This document shows positions 8,892-18,208 of a DNA stretch of 64,000 nucleotides, piece after piece. Location of the stretch: positions 12,233-76,232 of the forward strand of contig JAGXKM010000002.1 of the NCBI GenBank assembly GCA_018335275.1, given 5' to 3'. Below the pieces are notes generated by a model that made no database searches, was not told the origin of the DNA, and was given only the letters and a program-made list of their open reading frames with translations. A program made the position numbers and the translations under genes. The stretch comes from Anaerolineales bacterium. Lineage in GTDB: Bacteria; Chloroflexota; Anaerolineae; Anaerolineales; UBA11858. Within the stretch, counting starts at the first letter, position 1; every line of letters begins with the position of its first letter.

Positions 8892-9457
8892 TTATTCAAC
8901 AGGTATTTCATGTCCATGAATCGCTCCGGGGGAAGGAAGGGCCTAGGATCTTTTTCTCAATAAACGATAAAGGCAAAACCTTCAATAAACTGGATGGGAA
9001 AAGTAAACATGAGGGTATATTTGAGGCTTTTCGAGGTGATATAATGAGAGCGGTTTGAATGTTGATAAAGGTTATTTTTTGTGAGAAGGGGTGAAAAGTT
9101 GCGGGAATTAAATCAAAAAGAACCCACGGATTCGTCTATCTCCAGAGATCTTATCAAGATGAAGGTCATGCTTACAGCCTCTTTTTACTCATGTGTTTGA
9201 ACTATGATGGGTCTTCAATGAGGCGGACCTAAGGTATGAAAGTACTGTGGCGCATCAAACCAAGTAGGAAGGTTTCCATGCCGGCCCCAAACGTATTTTC
9301 GTATTGGAGATGATATTATCAGGCTGTATGAAAGATTATCTATTCGCAAGATAGAGAGGGTTTCTTGGTTGGGATCGAAGGGACCTAAAAAGTTTGGACC
9401 GATTTGGGGGACGATAATCACTTAAAACCATACGTCTTAAATAAAAAGTGAGGGATC

Positions 9458-10090
9458 ATGCAAAGAAGCAAGGAAATATGTGACAGGTTAGCTGGCTTAT
9501 TTGAAGGCCAGATTGATCAAGCTGTGATCCGAGAAGCTGTTGAAAAGATCTTGGGGGCTATTGGCGAAGACCCCTCCCGGGAGGGACTTGAAAACACTCC
9601 AGGACGGGTAGCAAGGGCTTACGAAGAGCTGCTTGCAGGCTACCGGACCGATCCTATAGAGCTACTCAATGAAGCGGTTTTTGAAGTCTCATACGATGAG
9701 ATGGTCATCGTCCGCGATATTGAGTATTACAGCTTGTGTGAACATCATATGCTCCCGTTCTTAGGAAAGGCTCATGTGGCTTATATCCCGGACGGAAAAG
9801 TTATCGGGCTTTCCAAGATACCACGGATTGTTGATATGTACTCCAGAAGGCTTCAAGTTCAGGAACGGATGACAAGCCAGATCGCCTGCCTCCTTGATGA
9901 ACTCCTCCATCCCCAGGGTGTAGCGATCGTTGTGGAGGGTCTGCACCTGTGTTCCGTGATGCGGGGTGTAAAAAAGCACGATGCGCGTATGACCACCTCT
10001 GCAATGCTAGGGGCTTTCAGGAACAACATGCCCACCAGGCAGGAGTTTCTGGATAATATATCACGCGGGGCCAGTCCATACCATCTCTAA
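9458..10090 (+). CDS. folE: GTP cyclohydrolase I
   Basis: It contains '[22 protein letters not shown]', '[11 protein letters not shown]', '[24 protein letters not shown]' and '[13 protein letters not shown]', which are the canonical FolE motifs. Confidence 0.93.
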   Translation: MQRSKEICDRLAGLFEGQIDQAVIREAVEKILGAIGEDPSREGLENTPGRVARAYEELLAGYRTDPIELLNEAVFEVSYDEMVIVRDIEYYSLCEHHMLPFLGKAHVAYIPDGKVIGLSKIPRIVDMYSRRLQVQERMTSQIACLLDELLHPQGVAIVVEGLHLCSVMRGVKKHDARMTTSAMLGAFRNNMPTRQEFLDNISRGASPYHL

Positions 10091-10116
10091 TCCGGATGGA
10101 ATTGAAGGTCAAGAAA

Positions 10117-10629
10117 TCAGGGACCTTGATAGAGACTGCATAGATCGATATCTTCCCTTAAAAAGAAACCTTCCCCGGGAAAAAGCCTTTCAGCCGCCGC
10201 TTGGAGAGATTCTTTTGTTTTAGGGTTTTTCAGATGCGGTATGATTTCAGCACAGGGTATGGAGACATGAGGCTGTGTCCACATCTCTTCATCAAGGCAG
10301 TTTTCATCAAATAGCAGGATGTCAAGATCAATGGTCCGATCCGCATTTTTGTTGGATGTCCTGACTCGATTCAAATTGGATTCCAGAGGGAGGAGGATGT
10401 CGTGCTTTAATTCGTGGCACCCCATCTCGGACTCAACCAGGAGGGCTGCATTTAAATAGTCAGGACCGGTGCTGCCAACAGCTGGATTTTGCCAGACTCG
10501 AGAACAGGAAAGAATGTCAACTTCTTGGGATAGGCGGCGGATGGCAAGGCGGATATTCTTCTCGGGATCGATATTACTGCCAATGCCAATTAGCGCAGTG
10601 TACTTGTTTTTCTTATTTGTGACGCTCAA
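10117..10629 (-). CDS. folK: 6-hydroxymethyl-7,8-dihydropterin pyrophosphokinase
   Basis: It contains 'ALIGIGSNIDPEKNI', 'YLNAALLVES' and 'RTIDLDILLFD', which are HPPK hallmarks. A TTG start overlaps the end of folB. Confidence 0.85.
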   Translation of the reverse strand: MSVTNKKNKYTALIGIGSNIDPEKNIRLAIRRLSQEVDILSCSRVWQNPAVGSTGPDYLNAALLVESEMGCHELKHDILLPLESNLNRVRTSNKNADRTIDLDILLFDENCLDEEMWTQPHVSIPCAEIIPHLKNPKTKESLQAAAERLFPGEGFFLREDIDLCSLYQGP

Positions 10630-10963
10630 TTTCTACTCCTACAGACTCAGAAAATCGTACCGCGCCGGGTTTTTCGATGCGGACCACGGCCTTTTTCAGG
10701 CCCTCAAATGACATACAGGCGTCCGCGATATCCGCAGCCAGTGCCTCAACAGTAAAGCGTTCCGCTGTTTCCGCGATGCGTAAAGCTTCTTTTGCGATGG
10801 TTCGGTAGTTGAGGCTGTCTTGTACCTGATCTGTTTTTCCCACTTTGGTTAAATCGCCATAAAGTTCGAGGTTGATCAAGATCTCTTGGGGCTTTTTTCT
10901 TTCCCAATCGTTTACCCCAATGATCCCGCGGGCAATGAGATCCTTGATAATAACCTTATCCAT
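10613..10963 (-). CDS. folB: Dihydroneopterin aldolase
   Basis: 'MDKVIIKDLIARGIIGVNDWERKKPQEILINLELY...LNYRTIAKE' matches the FolB fold. The ATG at 10963 is preceded by AGGAGGA. The longer track ORF (to 11065) would overlap the upstream SDR. Confidence 0.85.
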   Translation of the reverse strand: MDKVIIKDLIARGIIGVNDWERKKPQEILINLELYGDLTKVGKTDQVQDSLNYRTIAKEALRIAETAERFTVEALAADIADACMSFEGLKKAVVRIEKPGAVRFSESVGVEIERHK

Positions 10964-10976
10964 GAGTGTTATCCTC

Positions 10977-11708
10977 CTAAATGAGATGCCTTCCGCCATC
11001 CAAGTGAATGATTTCCCCTGTAATATATGAAGGGCCTGTGAGTAGAAAAATAAGAGCTTCTCCAAGTTCCTTTAAATCAGCCCACCTCTGGGCCGGCACA
11101 TCCCTAATTATATCCTTAGAATTGATATCTGTCTTATCGCTTGGGGGCAGGATAGCCCCCAGAGCAAGCCCGTTTACAGATATGGTGGGGGCCAGGGAAG
11201 CTGCCAGGGATTTAGTCATAGCTGCTAACGCTGCTTTGGATATTGTATACGGGAAATGGTCCCCTGTGGGTCTGCTTGCGCGCCAGTCAAGGATGTTGAC
11301 AATCCTCCTTTCGCGGTCAGAGGAATGATACTTCGCAAAAGATTGACTGAGTAAAAAAGGGGCGGTTAAATTTATGCGAAGATGCGCGTTCCAATTTTCT
11401 AGCGACGTATTATCCCAATCGAGGTCTTTGAAGATGGAAGCGCTGTTTACTAACGCGAAAAGTGGATGGTATGCTAAAGCGCTCTCTATGAGCATTTTGA
11501 CGTCTTCAGATTTTGAGAAATCTGCCTGGATAACATGAGCCTCTTGGCCCATAGATTCAATCTCGCGTTTTGTCTCTTGTGCTTCTTTGGGTGAGTGGCC
11601 ATGATGGATGATCACGTTGCCGCCTGCCTTGGCAACAGATAAAGCCATAACTCTGCCTAACCTGCGAGACGATCCTGTGATCAGGACATATTTGTTGATC
11701 AAATTCAT
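10977..11708 (-). CDS. Short-chain dehydrogenase/reductase (SDR), pteridine reductase/FolM-like
   Basis: The cofactor motif is 'TGSSRRLG' (TGxxxRxG, as in PTR1/FolM) rather than TGxxxGxG. The catalytic motif is 'YTISK'. The gene is in an operon with folB-folK. The start at 11708 forms an ATGA overlap with the lgt stop. Confidence 0.7.
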   Translation of the reverse strand: MNLINKYVLITGSSRRLGRVMALSVAKAGGNVIIHHGHSPKEAQETKREIESMGQEAHVIQADFSKSEDVKMLIESALAYHPLFALVNSASIFKDLDWDNTSLENWNAHLRINLTAPFLLSQSFAKYHSSDRERRIVNILDWRASRPTGDHFPYTISKAALAAMTKSLAASLAPTISVNGLALGAILPPSDKTDINSKDIIRDVPAQRWADLKELGEALIFLLTGPSYITGEIIHLDGGRHLI

Positions 11709-12445
11709 GAATCCCTCCCTGGATCGCCATAAACTTTGCCAACGAACCAAAGTCCAAAAGCCAGAATAGCATATGCAAATAACTGCTCGATACGAATTCT
11801 CCATAAAAGGTATGAAGTTTCACTTCGGAAACCAGCGGTGATTAAATGCCCCATGGAGGCTGTGATCAAGAAAGCGGCGAAGACCTCACCACTATTGCCT
11901 TGTGATCGGTGGATCATATACCAGGTCACAAAGAGTCCCAAGAAACCGAAAAGAATTTCATATATTTGGGTAGGATGTCTGGAAGCACCCCATAAGTAAA
12001 TACCCCAGGGTAAATCTGTCACAGATCCGTAAGCCTTGCCAGATGCCAAGTGAGAGATTCCCAGGCTCAAATTAAGAACTGCAAGAAGGGGGGTCAGGGA
12101 GTCTAAGGTATCTCTGGAAAACATGCCATTTTTGTGAGTGAAAATCAGTCCAGCTAAGAGAGCGATCAGGATGCCGCCAACCGGATCGAGCAAGGTGGAG
12201 TTTAAAGAGACTGCAGCTTGCGGGTTTTTTAAGAACCATTGAGGTGTGCTGCCTATATACGATAAACGCGCTCCTAAGAAACCAGCAATAAAAGATGTAA
12301 ATACCAAGTTATATATATTTTTAGTGGACGAGGAGGGTTGTGAAGCCCACTTTTCGCTTAAAGTAGATCCGAGCCAGAATCCAGCTAAATAAACGAAGCC
12401 CGGGGTTTGGATCGACAAGGGTCCTAATTGGAGAGTTGGGAACAT
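11705..12445 (-). CDS. lgt: Prolipoprotein diacylglyceryl transferase
   Basis: It is a polytopic membrane protein with the Lgt signature 'RHPTQIYE' and an N-terminal 'GPLSIQTPGFVYLAGF'. Confidence 0.8.
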   Translation of the reverse strand: MFPTLQLGPLSIQTPGFVYLAGFWLGSTLSEKWASQPSSSTKNIYNLVFTSFIAGFLGARLSYIGSTPQWFLKNPQAAVSLNSTLLDPVGGILIALLAGLIFTHKNGMFSRDTLDSLTPLLAVLNLSLGISHLASGKAYGSVTDLPWGIYLWGASRHPTQIYEILFGFLGLFVTWYMIHRSQGNSGEVFAAFLITASMGHLITAGFRSETSYLLWRIRIEQLFAYAILAFGLWFVGKVYGDPGRDS

Positions 12446-13005
12446 TACTGGTCACCCTCCAGCATACCATTGAGATGCTTTTCGATTGCAGGAAACCTCA
12501 TCGGGCCGCCTATAATAATTTTTTCTATGATTCCGTTCCGGTTTATAAAATAAGTAGTCGGCAGTGAGTGAAGGTTGTATAACCTGTTTACTTCACCTGT
12601 TGTGTCAAGGGGTATTGGGAAACTTAAGTTGTTTTTTTCTACAAATTCTTTCACTGAGTTGAGATTGTCTTCGTGAGTAGCGTTTACAGCCAGAATCACA
12701 AGACCTTGCTCTGTGTATGTCTCATAGGCCATTTGAATATCGGGCATCTCTTTACGGCAGGGAGGGCACCAACTTGCCCAAAGATTGACAAGGACAGGGG
12801 ATCCACGGTAGTCCACCAGGCTGATTTCCTTGCCATCTAATGTTGAGAGAGTGAAATCGGGGGCCAGCAGTCCTTCCTGGGGGGCTGAGATTCGTGTTTG
12901 GGAAACCTCGTCTGGGTTGGCCCTTGTAACCCAAATCCAAATTGCCCCAAATCCTAAAAGAAAAATCGAAAATATGATCCGGTTTTTATTAAGTGTGTCC
13001 TTCAA
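12445..13005 (-). CDS. Membrane-anchored TlpA/ResA-family thiol:disulfide oxidoreductase
   Basis: It has an N-terminal TM anchor and the thioredoxin-fold motif 'VLVNLWASWCPPCRKEMP', followed by 'LPTTYFINRNG' (cis-Pro loop). Confidence 0.87.
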   Translation of the reverse strand: MKDTLNKNRIIFSIFLLGFGAIWIWVTRANPDEVSQTRISAPQEGLLAPDFTLSTLDGKEISLVDYRGSPVLVNLWASWCPPCRKEMPDIQMAYETYTEQGLVILAVNATHEDNLNSVKEFVEKNNLSFPIPLDTTGEVNRLYNLHSLPTTYFINRNGIIEKIIIGGPMRFPAIEKHLNGMLEGDQ

Positions 13006-13181
13006 TACTTTCTCCTCATCTCATCCAGTATGTAGCTCAAGTGTAAAGTGACCAGATGAACCTGTCAAGCACAGCTGAGAAAGCTTACGGGGTACTTATT
13101 TTATACTCATCATATTCTGATTATTGAATTGTAAAATCAGAAAATGGGAAAACGGTGGCGGTTAAGTATGGAGGTTAAGTA

Positions 13182-13757
13182 ATGAAAATAAAAAACTTTA
13201 TGACGGCCGGGATTATTTTTAGCATGATTTTTTTGATTCCGGCATGTATGCAGGACACGGAAACACCTGAAAAAGGCGTTGGGATCCCCACTTCAACTGC
13301 TGAAAGTGATAATCTAAACAATTCTAATGCTGCAGAATCAAGTGAGGCAGAAACCCCGACAACAAGGGAGCCAGCGCAAGATGAATCGGCTGAGGATAAT
13401 CAGAGAGCAAGTACTCCCACAGTGCGGAGCGGCTTGGAAGCGACTGATCCCGATTCGGTTAAAATCGCTGCTGGTGATGTCCAACTGATCGAATTTTTTG
13501 CCTTTTGGTGAACGACCTGCCAGAATATGGCGCCCATCGTGCATGGGCTGGAAGCAGAATACGATCCTCAAATGGATTTTATATACCTCAATATTGATGA
13601 TCCCGGGACCGAGCCATTTAAGAAGGAGTTAGGATTTCGGTATCAGCCGCACTTTTTTCTGCTTGATAAAAATGGAAATATTATCAAACAATGGTTGGGC
13701 CCGGTGGAGATAAGTGAATTTCGGGAAGCATTTGACGGGCTCCTAAAGGGGCAGTGA
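13182..13757 (+). CDS. Thioredoxin-fold lipoprotein with an in-frame TGA (13509-13511) at the first position of CxxC; candidate selenoprotein (UxxC) or recently inactivated gene
   Basis: Track ORFs 13182-13511 and 13527-13757 are in the same frame. Read through, the sequence is '...VQLIEFFAFW-[TGA]-TTCQNMAPIVHGLEAEY...FIYLNIDD...YQPHFFLLDKNGNIIKQW...', a complete Trx fold. There is a signal peptide ending 'LIPAC'. A hairpin GCCCAT-cgtgc-ATGGGC at 13532-13548 begins 21 nt 3' of the TGA. Confidence 0.6.
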
Positions 13758-13845
13758 GGTTTTTTAGGGAGGATAAACAGCTTCATTGGGGATATAAACG
13801 AGGAACTCGTTTTCAAAGGGTGGTGTAACAAGACGTATGGGGTAA

Positions 13846-13875
13846 CTTGACATGTTGCGCGGGATTTGTTATCCT
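13846..13875 (+). promoter_or_regulatory. Candidate promoter of the csoR-copZ-copA operon (TTGACA-18 nt-TATCCT)
   Basis: A perfect -35 TTGACA lies at 13846-13851 and a -10-like TATCCT at 13870-13875. Confidence 0.45.
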
Positions 13876-13876
13876 T

Positions 13877-13898
13877 AACCCTGCCCCCCGGGGAGGGG
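13877..13898 (+). promoter_or_regulatory. Candidate CsoR operator (GC-tract pseudo-palindrome)
   Basis: ACCCTGCCCCCCGGGGAGGGGT matches its own reverse complement at 16 of 22 positions. It lies between the -10 element and the csoR SD/ATG, and it resembles the C/G-tract inverted repeats bound by CsoR-family repressors. Confidence 0.35.
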
Positions 13899-13910
13899 TC
13901 CGGAGGAAAG

Positions 13911-14183
13911 ATGAAAAAAGATGAGAATATAAAAAAGAGAATTAACACCATCGCTGGCCATTTACGTGGAATTCAGCGAATGATTGATGATGGCGCATAT
14001 TGCATTGATATCATCAATCAGATATATGCTGTTCAATCCGCCTTGAATAAGCTTAGCACCGTGATTCTGGATGATCATTTGAGTTCATGTTTGATCAAGG
14101 CTGTGAACGGGGATGATCCCAAAGAACGAGAACGTGTTCTCAGAGAAATCGTGGACGTTTTTGAGACCTCAAACAAAGTATAA
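13911..14183 (+). CDS. csoR: CsoR-family copper-sensing transcriptional repressor
   Basis: 'INTIAGHLRGIQRMIDDGAYCIDIINQIYAVQSAL...DDHLSSC' carries the CsoR C-H-C ligand pattern. The ATG at 13911 is preceded by GGAGGAAAG, so the upstream TTG at 13866 is unlikely. Confidence 0.85.
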   Translation: MKKDENIKKRINTIAGHLRGIQRMIDDGAYCIDIINQIYAVQSALNKLSTVILDDHLSSCLIKAVNGDDPKERERVLREIVDVFETSNKV

Positions 14184-14206
14184 AGACTCAAAGAGGAGTA
14201 TAGTGT

Positions 14207-14416
14207 ATGAAAACTGTGACATATCGAATTCCAAATATCTCATGTAATCATTGTGTCAATACCGTCGAGATGGAGGTGGGAGAAGTTAAGGGGGTAGAAA
14301 GGGTGGAGGCTTTTGTGGATTCTAAAAAGGCCAACGTGACATTTGATGAACCCGCTACAGAAAATGAAATAAAACAAGTCTTAGCGAAGATTAATTATCC
14401 AGCAAAAGAAATCTGA
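14207..14416 (+). CDS. copZ: Copper chaperone CopZ (single heavy-metal-associated, HMA, domain)
   Basis: It is a 69-aa ferredoxin-like HMA domain with the metal site 'ISCNHC'. It lies between csoR and copA. Confidence 0.85.
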   Translation: MKTVTYRIPNISCNHCVNTVEMEVGEVKGVERVEAFVDSKKANVTFDEPATENEIKQVLAKINYPAKEI

Positions 14417-14513
14417 AAATTAATTGAGCCGCATGGTTTTAATTGTTTTATGGGTGTTGAGCACGAATTATTAGACTTGGTTACAGCTTAATTAAAAACC
14501 GATTGGAAAGGGA

Positions 14514-16949
14514 ATGATGACTGACAATAAACAAGTGACGCTGCCTGTTACAGGTATGACCTGCGCGAACTGTGTAGCCACTGTAGAAAGGAACATCAAA
14601 AAAGTTGAAGGGGTAAGAAAAGCGAATGTAAATTTATCCTCTGAAAGGGCTTCGATAGCGTTCGATCCAAATTCAGCTCATATAAACGATTTTCTGGAGA
14701 AGATAAAGCGGGCAGGGTACGGGGTCGCCACTGGAGAAGCAGAGTTGGTCATCAAAAGGCTGAGTGATGACAATGATGCTCGAAGGTTGGAGAAGACTTT
14801 AACAAAAGTAGAAGGCGTGCTGGAAGCCCAGGTATTTTTTACTACAGAAAAAGCAAAAATCAAATATATACCCACGGTGGTGAGCCAGTCTGAACTGCGG
14901 CGAAGCGTTTCTGACGCGGGATTTGAGGCTGTCATTTTAGGGGATGATCTGGAAGATGCGGAGCGTAAAGCGCGCGAAGCAGAAATTGCCCAACAGCGCC
15001 ATTACCTAACAGTGGGTTTGTTATTCACTATTCCTCTCTTTTTATTGTCTATGGGAAGGGATTTCGGGATATTGGGATCTTGGGCTTTTCGTCCCTGGGT
15101 GAAGTGGTTTATGTTTGCTTTAGCAACCCCAGTCCAGTTTTATGTGGGGTGGCAGTATTATGTAGGAGCGTATAAATCGCTTCGGAACCGGTCAGCAAAC
15201 ATGGATGTGCTGGTAGCCATGGGTTCATCTGCAGCATATTTTTACTCGATCCCGATTCTTTTTGACCTTTTCCCTGGTCATGTCTATTTTGAAACCTCGG
15301 CGATGATTATCACATTAATTAAAGTGGGGAAATTTCTTGAAGCCCGCGCAAAAGGCAGGACCAGTGAAGCCATTAAAAAATTGATCGGAATGCGAGCAAA
15401 AACAGCTCTTGTGATCCGGGATGGGGAGGAAATTGAAGTCCCTGCTGAAAAAGTCCGGGTAGGGGATATGGTCATCGTAAAGCCAGGAGAGAAAATTCCA
15501 GTGGACGGTGTAGTGATTGAAGGCCACTCGTCGGTCGATGAATCGATGATCACCGGGGAATCCATGCCGGTTGAAAAAGGAACGGGGGACAAAGTCATTG
15601 GGGCGACCTTGAATAAGTTAGGACAATTTAAGTTCGAAGCCACTCAGGTTGGGAAAGACACTGCTTTGTCGCAAATTATCCGCCTGGTGGAAGAGGCCCA
15701 GGGAAGCAAGGCTCCCATTCAACGTTTGGCAGATAGAGTATCCGCAGTTTTTGTGCCTGCTGTGATAGTGATTGCCTTTTTTACATTTATGATGTGGTAT
15801 TTTTTGATCCCCATGCCAGCGAACCTGGAGATCACTGTTTTCACGAGGGCGTTGATACATACGGTAGCTGTTCTGGTCATCGCTTGCCCTTGTGCGATGG
15901 GATTAGCTACCCCAACAGCTGTTATGGTAGGAACGGGCAAAGGCGCTGAAATGGGAGTGCTCTTGAAGTCGGGGAAAGCGTTAGAACGAGCAGGTAAATT
16001 GGACACGGTCATTTTGGATAAAACAGGTACGATAACGAAAGGACAGCCTGAAGTGACGGATATCCTGGTCAAAGAAAAGGGAGATGGGGGGATTTCCGAA
16101 AGTGAATTATTATTCTATGCAGCGTCCGTGGAAAAAGGTTCTGAGCACCCATTAGGAGAAGCCATCTGGGCTGAAGCAGGAAATCGCGGAGTAAAGATAA
16201 CGGAAGCTGATGGTTTTCAAGCGATCGTCGGAAGGGGGGTAGAGGGGTATGTAGATGGGGAAAAAGTTTTCGTAGGGAACAGGCGCATGATGGAAGAACG
16301 AAATTTGCCCATCACAAAATGGGAACAGGAACTATCTCGTTTACAATCCGAGGCGAAAACAGCGATGTTGGTCGCCGTTGAGGATAGAGTACAGGGGTTA
16401 ATCGCCGTTGCAGATACTGTTAAAGACGGATCTGTGCAAGCTATCAGTCGTCTCCATAAAATGGGATTAAAGGTAGCCATGATCACCGGGGATAACAAGC
16501 AAACTGCACAAGCGATTGCTCAAAAAGTAGGCCTGGATGAAGTGTTGGCTGGTGTATTGCCGGGAGAAAAGGCAAGCAAGATTAAAGTCCTTCAAGAAGA
16601 AGAGAAAGTAGTCGCTATGGTTGGGGACGGCATTAATGATGCCCCGGCTTTAGCCCAAGCGGATGTCGGTATCGCTATCGGCACAGGGACGGATGTGGCC
16701 ATTTCCGCAGCTCAAATCACCTTGATCAGTGGAGATTTAGAAGGGGTTCCAAAGGCGATATCCCTGTCAAGGCACACACTGCGGACGATCAAACAGAATT
16801 TATTTTGGGCGTTTATTTATAACATTATCCTCATTCCAGCTGCGGTTGCAGGAGTATTAAATCCTATCATGGCCGCGGGTGCGATGGCATTTAGCAGTAT
16901 TTTCGTTGTCAGCAACAGTTTGCGCCTCCGAAATAAAGATATTAGCTAA
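14514..16949 (+). CDS. copA: Copper-translocating P1B-type ATPase
   Basis: It has an N-terminal HMA domain 'GMTCANC', the transmembrane motif '[10 protein letters not shown]', the phosphorylation site 'DKTGTIT', and 'MITGDN' and '[12 protein letters not shown]'. Confidence 0.95.
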   Translation: MMTDNKQVTLPVTGMTCANCVATVERNIKKVEGVRKANVNLSSERASIAFDPNSAHINDFLEKIKRAGYGVATGEAELVIKRLSDDNDARRLEKTLTKVEGVLEAQVFFTTEKAKIKYIPTVVSQSELRRSVSDAGFEAVILGDDLEDAERKAREAEIAQQRHYLTVGLLFTIPLFLLSMGRDFGILGSWAFRPWVKWFMFALATPVQFYVGWQYYVGAYKSLRNRSANMDVLVAMGSSAAYFYSIPILFDLFPGHVYFETSAMIITLIKVGKFLEARAKGRTSEAIKKLIGMRAKTALVIRDGEEIEVPAEKVRVGDMVIVKPGEKIPVDGVVIEGHSSVDESMITGESMPVEKGTGDKVIGATLNKLGQFKFEATQVGKDTALSQIIRLVEEAQGSKAPIQRLADRVSAVFVPAVIVIAFFTFMMWYFLIPMPANLEITVFTRALIHTVAVLVIACPCAMGLATPTAVMVGTGKGAEMGVLLKSGKALERAGKLDTVILDKTGTITKGQPEVTDILVKEKGDGGISESELLFYAASVEKGSEHPLGEAIWAEAGNRGVKITEADGFQAIVGRGVEGYVDGEKVFVGNRRMMEERNLPITKWEQELSRLQSEAKTAMLVAVEDRVQGLIAVADTVKDGSVQAISRLHKMGLKVAMITGDNKQTAQAIAQKVGLDEVLAGVLPGEKASKIKVLQEEEKVVAMVGDGINDAPALAQADVGIAIGTGTDVAISAAQITLISGDLEGVPKAISLSRHTLRTIKQNLFWAFIYNIILIPAAVAGVLNPIMAAGAMAFSSIFVVSNSLRLRNKDIS

Positions 16950-17084
16950 GAAAGATCTTTTCCTTTTGTGCCCTCAGTAATCTGATAAGGTGTGAATTTG
17001 TTTCAGATATAAGGTCTGAAGTTTACATAACAGGCATAAGGTAAAATATATAATAAGTAATCGGATTTGAAAACAAGGAAAGAA

Positions 17085-18164
17085 ATGGCGAAAAACGACA
17101 AAGTTCGTGTAGCAATCATTGGCGTGGGAAATTGTGCTTCTGCGTTTATTCAAGGCGTTCATTACTATCAAAACGCTCCCGAAGAAAAAGATATTCCCGG
17201 GTTAATGCATCCTGTCATGGGGGGGTACCACATACGGGATATAGAATTCTCAGCAGCAGTGGATGTAGTCAAGGGAAAGGTAGGGAAAGACCTGAGTGAA
17301 GCGATTTGGATAGAACCAAATAATACGATGAAATTTGCAGAAGTTCCGCACCTTGATGTGAAAGTGAGTCGCGGTATGACACATGACGGTCTGGGGTCCT
17401 ATTTGCGGGAGAAAGTTGAAAAAGCACCCGGCCCAACAGATGACATTGTCCGCATATTGAGGGAAACAGATACGGATGTGGTAGTAAACTTCCTTCCCGT
17501 TGGCTCTGAAATGGCGACAAAGTGGTATGTGGAGCAGGTCTTGGATGCTGGATGTGCTTTTGTGAACGGTATCCCAGTTTTTATCGCTACCTCTGATTAT
17601 TGGAGTGAACGTTTCCGTGACAGAGGATTGCCGGTGATTGGCGATGACATCAAAAGCCAGGTAGGGGCAACCATTGTCCACCGCGTGTTGACTAACCTAT
17701 TAAAGGATCGGGGTGTCCATCTGGACCGCACCTATCAATTGAATTTTGGGGGCAATATGGACTTTTATAATATGTTGGATCGCGATCGGTTGAAGTCAAA
17801 AAAGATATCAAAAACCCAGGCAGTGACGAGTCAGGTGCCGTATGATTTAGACGAGAGCAACGTTCATGTGGGACCGAGCGATTACGTACCATGGCTGGAA
17901 GACAGGAAATGGGCCCACATTAAATTAGAGGGCAGAGCTTTTGGAGATGTACCGCTGCATATCGATTTGAAATTAGAAGTTTGGGATTCACCCAATTCTG
18001 CAGGCGTGATCATCGACGCTGTCCGATGTGCGAAGCTGGGTTTAGATCGCGGTTTGTCAGGACCCTTAACGGCTCCTTCAGCGTATTTCATGAAATCACC
18101 ACCAGAGCAATTCACAGATGATGAAGCCAGACTTCAAGTAGAAGCGTTTATCACCGAGAGCTGA
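17085..18164 (+). CDS. ino1: myo-Inositol-1-phosphate synthase (bacterial/archaeal short type)
   Basis: It has the Rossmann start '[22 protein letters not shown]', plus '[10 protein letters not shown]', '[20 protein letters not shown]' and 'GGNMDFYNM'. The ATG at 17085 is preferred over the TTG at 17067. Confidence 0.85.
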   Translation: MAKNDKVRVAIIGVGNCASAFIQGVHYYQNAPEEKDIPGLMHPVMGGYHIRDIEFSAAVDVVKGKVGKDLSEAIWIEPNNTMKFAEVPHLDVKVSRGMTHDGLGSYLREKVEKAPGPTDDIVRILRETDTDVVVNFLPVGSEMATKWYVEQVLDAGCAFVNGIPVFIATSDYWSERFRDRGLPVIGDDIKSQVGATIVHRVLTNLLKDRGVHLDRTYQLNFGGNMDFYNMLDRDRLKSKKISKTQAVTSQVPYDLDESNVHVGPSDYVPWLEDRKWAHIKLEGRAFGDVPLHIDLKLEVWDSPNSAGVIIDAVRCAKLGLDRGLSGPLTAPSAYFMKSPPEQFTDDEARLQVEAFITES

Positions 18165-18208
18165 ACTAAGCGTATACGTATCTGAAAGACCAGGGATAAG
18201 TTAGGCGG

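Noticed and set aside
9215-9421. A 68-aa minus-strand ORF in the folE upstream region.
   Set aside because: It has no SD and no recognisable motif, and it is antisense to the probable folE leader. It is treated as spurious.
9060-9457. A ZTP (pfl) or THF riboswitch upstream of folE.
   Set aside because: Segments such as 'ACTGTGGCGCA...GGAAGGTTTCC...CCGGCC' and 'AGTAGGAA' loosely recall those motifs. However, I could not find the obligatory downstream 'CCGCCTGGGC' pseudoknot partner (ZTP) or a coherent THF three-way junction. It needs an Infernal scan.
10977-11804. N-terminally extended versions of track ORFs: 10613-11065, 10977-11804, 25873-26703, 45125-47029, 46926-47819, 13866-14183, 51168-52415, 54763-55590 and 17067-18164.
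   Set aside because: The extensions overlap the upstream gene or consist of non-conserved sequence. Internal ATGs with good SD sequences give N-termini that match the family pattern (Rossmann start, signal peptide and so on).
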